Below, one piece after another: positions 59,016 to 64,000 of a stretch of 64,000 nt of DNA. The notes beneath the pieces are model-generated. The model ran no database searches. It saw nothing but the letters and a program-made list of their open reading frames with translations, and had not been told where the DNA came from. The first letter of the stretch is position 1. Every line of letters begins with the position of its first letter. The stretch comes from a virus, in the IMG/VR virus record IMGVR_UViG_3300027779_000011, positions 32,001 to 96,000 of that record; one strand, given 5' to 3'. The position numbers were made by a program, and so were the translations under genes.

Positions 59016-59510
59016 ATGAACAAAAAAGAAGAAGTTGCTATCAGTAAAAGAAAAGTTGCATTACCAGGAAGAATTATAGATCTTCTATGGTCGGATGATG
59101 AATTTTATAGAGAAGTTGTATCTTCAAAGAAAATAACTCTAGATAAGTTTCCCAAAACAGACCAGTGGGTTGACGAAATGGGGTTTCATATGGAATTTGC
59201 ATTGGCCGGATATTCAACAAAGGATATAAGTATTAAGATCCATAACAGCACTCTGCTTGTTGAGAGCAGAAGAGATAGAGGCGATGACATGATTCCATCT
59301 GAAGACGGAGTTAGGAGCGCTAAGCCAAAGATAACTTACGGATCAATAGTTAGAGGAATTGCTAGAAGAAATTTTAAAAGCAAGGTTATAATTTCTTCTG
59401 ATTTTAGCATAGAGGATGCTGCCGCAAGTATGTTAAATGGATTATTACATATAATAATCCCAAAGGGAGTAGAACAGGAATGTACAATTGTTCGAATAAA
59501 AGAGGTGTAG
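59016..59510 (+). CDS. small heat shock protein (IbpA-like)
   Basis: FP..D, FALAGY, RGIA.R.F, A.M.NGLL.I; start re-assigned. Confidence 0.85.
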   Translation: MNKKEEVAISKRKVALPGRIIDLLWSDDEFYREVVSSKKITLDKFPKTDQWVDEMGFHMEFALAGYSTKDISIKIHNSTLLVESRRDRGDDMIPSEDGVRSAKPKITYGSIVRGIARRNFKSKVIISSDFSIEDAAASMLNGLLHIIIPKGVEQECTIVRIKEV

Positions 59511-59511
59511 T

Positions 59512-59754
59512 ATGAGCGATATAAGTTTATTAATAACCACAATGGTTTCGTCTATAGTTGATGACACAGACAGTGTTTCTGTGTCAATGACCGAGGAGAA
59601 TAATGGATATCTGTTTGAGATAAAAGTAGACAAACAGGACGTTGGAAAGATAATTGGAAAGAAGGGAAGAATTGCTTCTGCTATAAGAACTGTAGCCAAG
59701 GCAGCTGGCGCTAAGAATGGCGTTAGGGCAATGGTAAATGTATTAAATGAGTAG
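59512..59754 (+). CDS. KH-domain RNA-binding protein (KhpA-like)
   Basis: DVGKIIGKKGRIASAIRTV. Confidence 0.88.
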   Translation: MSDISLLITTMVSSIVDDTDSVSVSMTEENNGYLFEIKVDKQDVGKIIGKKGRIASAIRTVAKAAGAKNGVRAMVNVLNE

Positions 59755-60148
59755 TGGAGGAAGTATGCCTAAGACATGGAGACAGAGGTGCTTGTCTAAC
59801 CCAGATACAATGTTTGTTAGAGCTATAAGCTCAGCAAAGAGAAGGTCCGTTCAAAAAGAAGTTGCATTTAATATATCTGCAAAGTTTTTAAAAGACCTGT
59901 ATCTTGAGCAGAACGGTCTTTGCCATTATTCTGGTATGCCTATCAGCATGGTAAAAAGAGACCCAAGGGTTTTACATGATCCTTTTAAAATGACTCTTGA
60001 CAGGGTTGACCCAGGAAAAGGATATGTGAAGAATAATGTAGTCTGGTGTGCCTATTGTGTAAACTCTATGAAGCAAAAAATGCCGTTAAAAACTTTTGTT
60101 AACGTATGTAGAGCTATAGCGAAAAATTCATCTAGTCATAAAAAATGA
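59747..60148 (+). CDS. HNH-like endonuclease (same family as 27187)
   Basis: QNGLCHYSG, TLDRVDPGKGYVKNNV, N.MK. Confidence 0.78.
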   Translation: MSSGGSMPKTWRQRCLSNPDTMFVRAISSAKRRSVQKEVAFNISAKFLKDLYLEQNGLCHYSGMPISMVKRDPRVLHDPFKMTLDRVDPGKGYVKNNVVWCAYCVNSMKQKMPLKTFVNVCRAIAKNSSSHKK

Positions 60149-60354
60149 AAAAAGAAGAAGAGATATCAGATACAACCATAAGGGATGGCGTAATTGAGAT
60201 ATATCGCAATTACGGAATAGACATATCTGATATTGAAGATGATGACATCAAGAGGGTTGTAAGGCATTATAGAAGAAATCCAGATTCTTTATCTCAAGAT
60301 ATAAAATCTTCTAAGGAGAACTCTCATAATGTGATTGATAATGATATAATATAG
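60145..60354 (+). CDS. hypothetical protein
   Basis: ATGA-coupled ORF. Confidence 0.55.
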   Translation: MKKEEEISDTTIRDGVIEIYRNYGIDISDIEDDDIKRVVRHYRRNPDSLSQDIKSSKENSHNVIDNDII

Positions 60355-60413
60355 TAATTATACAAATATATATGAACACACGAGTGTGCGTGTGTTAATG
60401 GGCCAAATATTAA

Positions 60414-60701
60414 ATGACTAACAAGAAAGAAATATCTAAAATGCTCTCTAGGAGAACGCTGCTTTCCCAGAGGGAATCACTTCAGGTTGTAGAAGAGGTT
60501 TTCTCAATTATTAAAGAAGAAATAATTAATGGTAATGACGTGTCTATAGTTGGGTTTGGAAAGTTTTATATATACCAGCATGCTTCTAGGCCGGTTAGAA
60601 ATCCAAAAACCCAAGAGAGTATGCTGCTTGAACCATACAGCTGCCTTAGGTTTAAAGTTAGTAATTTAATCAAAAACAACTTAAAGAACTCTGGTGGTTA
60701 G
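60414..60701 (+). CDS. HU/IHF-family DNA-binding protein
   Basis: GFGKF, RNPKT, F..S..IK. Confidence 0.9.
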   Translation: MTNKKEISKMLSRRTLLSQRESLQVVEEVFSIIKEEIINGNDVSIVGFGKFYIYQHASRPVRNPKTQESMLLEPYSCLRFKVSNLIKNNLKNSGG

Positions 60702-60711
60702 GTATATTTAA

Positions 60712-63700
60712 ATGAGTACTAAAATTACATTTATCGGCCTTGATGGCGATGCCGAACTAGAGGCAATGCTTAGGGACGCTGCATCTTCAGATGGGGAGCC
60801 GACCGGAACGGATGGGGTTGTTATTAATATACAATCCCTGGAAGCAACGTGGAATATAACTTCTGAAAAATGGGACATTGAGTTAATTGTAAAGATATTG
60901 GCAAGCGATGATTCCCTGTGGACTCATTGGCATTACGCAATAAATTCTACTTTTTCTGAGTCAGGAGCGGCTGGCGGATATATGGTTTTGGGCGGCGGCC
61001 TCATAAAGGTTATCTCGTCTGTTAGCCCCGGAGCATATAGCTTTGCAGTCGTAGCTGTAAATGGAGACCATGAAGCTGCAAGCAATGTCGATGTAACAAC
61101 TGTATTATTACCTGTCGATGGGTCTGCAACTGTAATTACCGACGCACTAGGCATAGACGGAGAGGAGACTGTATCTGTAAATCTACTGAGCTTGGCAGAC
61201 GAGCTTGGTATAGACAAAGAAGACCTGGTTGAGGCGATAGTTGCGTCAACATCTGTAGACACAGAGGTCACATCTGGAACACCACTTGTTGGTGGAAAGA
61301 CTTATTATAAAAATGCGGAAACAATAGTTACATCACAAGTAGCTAATGCATGGTTTGGTGGCGAGCGCAACCAACCATCATCCATTGGGCTTCCCTCCAA
61401 TGACCCGAAGGTTATAGGAATAGTACATGACGGGAGCCTAAGTCTGGATGGGCATGCTGAAAAAATTATGCTTACAACCAGCGCCAACATAAGGGGCAAG
61501 TTGCCTCATGTGAATCTATCTGCTCAGGGTGATATTGATGGCCCGGCTGTATTTAAGGCAAACGTAAAAACATGGCCAGCGTCAGAATATGTTGGTAAAG
61601 CTATTCCTGAAATTGATGCGTCAACTGGAGAGTATTACCTAGATTTATCACTTCTTAGGGCTGAGTTGGAAGATATGAGTGGAGGAGCTTTTGAGGAGTA
61701 TCCCGATTTTTCCACAACTCTATTTGAAGAAATAAGTAGCGTGCAGTCCGAGATAACCTTAACGGACGGGTTAAGCTTTCCAGATTCCGGTTATGTAAAG
61801 ATCGAAGAAGAGTTTATACTTTATACCGGAAAGACCGGAGATGACATACTTACAGGGTGTGTGAGAGGGATTTTGCCAAGCGCCGCGCCCACAGAGCATT
61901 CAGAGGGAACTGTAGTAAGAAGTATTCCGGACGTTATTAAAACCGTGCATGAAAAATATACCGATATTGTTATATCGGCAAATGTTGATGAGAGACTAGA
62001 CTTTGTGTTCGGGTCCTCCTCACCAGAGTTTTCAGCAGACACCTTTACACATAGGAACAGGTTCTTGTTTGACAAGCATAACGCGGCATTTAGAGCTGGC
62101 ACAGTAACAGGCACCTATTGGAACGCCGCCCACAGGGGTATTGCGTCTGCGGCGTTTGGTTATAATGGGGTTGCAAAGGGAGACGCGACGTTCGTAGCCG
62201 GTGCTTTTAACTACGCGGAGACTCCAGGTTCTGTGGTCATGGGGTTTGGAAGTTCGATTTGGGAGGGGGATGAAGAATCTAGCACCACTAGCCTTGGTGT
62301 AGCATCCTCTTCAAACACTATAACTGGTGGAGAGTATAACGACATTTATAATGGATACGGCTCCGGAGCTCTCTCTGGTGCAATAAACTGGGTTGACTTT
62401 TCAAGGTCTTCCGCTATTGTGTCTGGTGAGAAAAACTGGATTAGAGGCTCTTGTGATGAGAGGGTTAATTATTCGTTTATAGGTTCTGGGTATCAAAATA
62501 TAATAAACTTCTCCAATGGTTCCGGAATAGTTGCTGGAGATGAAAATATTATTGGTGGAGAGTCAACGGGTTCTTTTATAGGAGCTGGGGAGAATAATAA
62601 CATCCTCACAAATGAGGATGCCACAACTTCTTCTGGCCTTAAAAACGTGCTTAAAAATAGGGACAAGCTAATAGAAAATTCCCCATTCGCTCCCGGCGTG
62701 CTTGCGGATAGGTGGACTTGCGAGGATGATGACGGATATGGGAGATCGGAAAGAAGAAAGAAAATGAAAGATTCCGGTTCTAGTTACTTTGGTACTTCAT
62801 TCAACTCAGTTATAGGTGGTGGAAAGGAAAACACCATTGTCAACGCAGACCAGTCTTTTGTGGGCGGTGGAGATGAAAATATAATATCGGTATCAAGAAG
62901 CTCATCTATACTCGGAGGAGAGAATAATTCGATTGAGCCATATATTATCATCACAGGCCCCTTCGGAACTGGTTTTCACAGGTCATTCTCGATATCCCCA
63001 AGTTATGTCTCGGCAATAGTCGGAGGAAGAGATAACTTCATAATGGCAGACGCAAGCGCATCCACGATTGTAGGAGGTGTTGCGAACACCATAGTTGAAT
63101 CCGAGGTTGGGTTGCTATTCGGAAAGGATAATGCATCTCGAAAGACTCCGACAACAGAGGTTGTCACAAGGTTTACTCATACAACAGGTTACGCGGCAAA
63201 ATCTAATTTATACGGGCAGCACGCTCATGCTTCCGGCGGCTTTTATTCTGCAGGAGGAAGCACATCTAAGAGTGGAGCAAAATACGTTAAGCACACTTCT
63301 TCTCAAACAAGAAAGCTGATGGGCTATGAGGATCTTAGCAAAACTTCTGGATTCTTGAGAACCAAGGATGCTTCGTCAGATGTTTTATTGCAAAAAGTAA
63401 TAAACCAGGACGCCAAAGATATATCCGATGAAAGGGAGTTTGCCGAACAGGTTGGCTCTAAAAAGTCAGATATTATTAAAGCGGGACAGGCAAAGTATAT
63501 AAGCAAAGTAATGGAGTCTGATCCAGACCCAACAACTGAAAGCATTTGGAGCTCTAACTCTGATATGCACATTGGGTCGGCTCAGACATCTGTTCTAACA
63601 CTTAGGAGAGAGGTTACCTTTGGAGACTTTCTTACTCAGATTAACCCTCCGATGCTTTTTGGAGAAGAAACCGAAAAGGTCGGATATGGATTTCAGGAGG

Positions 63701-64000
63701 TAAAGACATTCTCCACTTCTAACTCTGGTCCTAAATTTCTTATATTCACAAGAACCTTAGATAGGGATGAGAAGGGGAGCCATGAGAGCAAGACGTTTGA
63801 TAGCTGGTATCACTCACCCTCCAGCTATTTGAGTGATAGCCAGGGAAATGGCCTGCCTCTAACTGCAGATTATAGTTCTCGCGGTTCAGTCAGCGGCCTT
63901 CCTAGGCAGTCAGCAGAATTCCAATGGCTTCAGATATCTGATGTGCATCTTAATAGGGCGTATAAAATTCCAGCAGTTGGATTTTCTTCTTTCACCTGGG
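60712..64000 (+). CDS. large tail-fibre/adhesin-like protein, 3'-partial
   Basis: ATG60712, read open in frame 1 to the window end (absent from the track because it has no stop); repeated S.I.(G/S)G..N beta-roll units. Confidence 0.75.
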   Translation, partial: MSTKITFIGLDGDAELEAMLRDAASSDGEPTGTDGVVINIQSLEATWNITSEKWDIELIVKILASDDSLWTHWHYAINSTFSESGAAGGYMVLGGGLIKVISSVSPGAYSFAVVAVNGDHEAASNVDVTTVLLPVDGSATVITDALGIDGEETVSVNLLSLADELGIDKEDLVEAIVASTSVDTEVTSGTPLVGGKTYYKNAETIVTSQVANAWFGGERNQPSSIGLPSNDPKVIGIVHDGSLSLDGHAEKIMLTTSANIRGKLPHVNLSAQGDIDGPAVFKANVKTWPASEYVGKAIPEIDASTGEYYLDLSLLRAELEDMSGGAFEEYPDFSTTLFEEISSVQSEITLTDGLSFPDSGYVKIEEEFILYTGKTGDDILTGCVRGILPSAAPTEHSEGTVVRSIPDVIKTVHEKYTDIVISANVDERLDFVFGSSSPEFSADTFTHRNRFLFDKHNAAFRAGTVTGTYWNAAHRGIASAAFGYNGVAKGDATFVAGAFNYAETPGSVVMGFGSSIWEGDEESSTTSLGVASSSNTITGGEYNDIYNGYGSGALSGAINWVDFSRSSAIVSGEKNWIRGSCDERVNYSFIGSGYQNIINFSNGSGIVAGDENIIGGESTGSFIGAGENNNILTNEDATTSSGLKNVLKNRDKLIENSPFAPGVLADRWTCEDDDGYGRSERRKKMKDSGSSYFGTSFNSVIGGGKENTIVNADQSFVGGGDENIISVSRSSSILGGENNSIEPYIIITGPFGTGFHRSFSISPSYVSAIVGGRDNFIMADASASTIVGGVANTIVESEVGLLFGKDNASRKTPTTEVVTRFTHTTGYAAKSNLYGQHAHASGGFYSAGGSTSKSGAKYVKHTSSQTRKLMGYEDLSKTSGFLRTKDASSDVLLQKVINQDAKDISDEREFAEQVGSKKSDIIKAGQAKYISKVMESDPDPTTESIWSSNSDMHIGSAQTSVLTLRREVTFGDFLTQINPPMLFGEETEKVGYGFQEVKTFSTSNSGPKFLIFTRTLDRDEKGSHESKTFDSWYHSPSSYLSDSQGNGLPLTADYSSRGSVSGLPRQSAEFQWLQISDVHLNRAYKIPAVGFSSFTW

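Overview
AT-rich, densely coding segment, almost all on the + strand, read in the standard genetic code. It looks like part of a jumbo/huge tailed bacteriophage genome. Evidence: Shine-Dalgarno sites, rho-independent terminators, a sigma70 consensus promoter, many short hypothetical ORFs, CCA-encoding tRNAs and a tmRNA, and no housekeeping operons. It carries (i) DNA/nucleotide genes: ATP-dependent ligase, tdk, purA, guaB-like, DHH phosphoesterase, deaminase, DNA MTase, HU; (ii) translation and protein-quality-control genes: 7 tRNA loci (one with a broken acceptor stem), minimal TilS next to a CAU tRNA, tmRNA, peptide deformylase, DnaK, J-domain protein, two Hsp20, GroEL, MoxR/vWA pair, M16 and M50 peptidases; (iii) metK and scattered modification enzymes; (iv) probable virion proteins, including an adhesin-like ORF running off the right end. 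Most notable: (1) a T3-SAMase-like protein with a ~90-aa acidic insert, in one tightly packed gene run with SAM synthetase; (2) unrelated proteins sharing an LxKLxxxLDxxG...K-x-A/S leader and a T(A/G)CTAAT upstream motif (kinase, SAM lyase, zincin, OmpA-domain and TM proteins), suggesting head-packaged injected effectors; (3) two tandem stem/CAGCA/A-rich-loop ncRNA candidates just before a Ro60-like (DUF2828/vWA) gene; (4) an endonuclease at the tmRNA 3' end with its RBS inside a hairpin, within a duplicated mosaic island; (5) four dispersed helical-repeat paralogs. All calls come from motif reading by eye; no searches were run.
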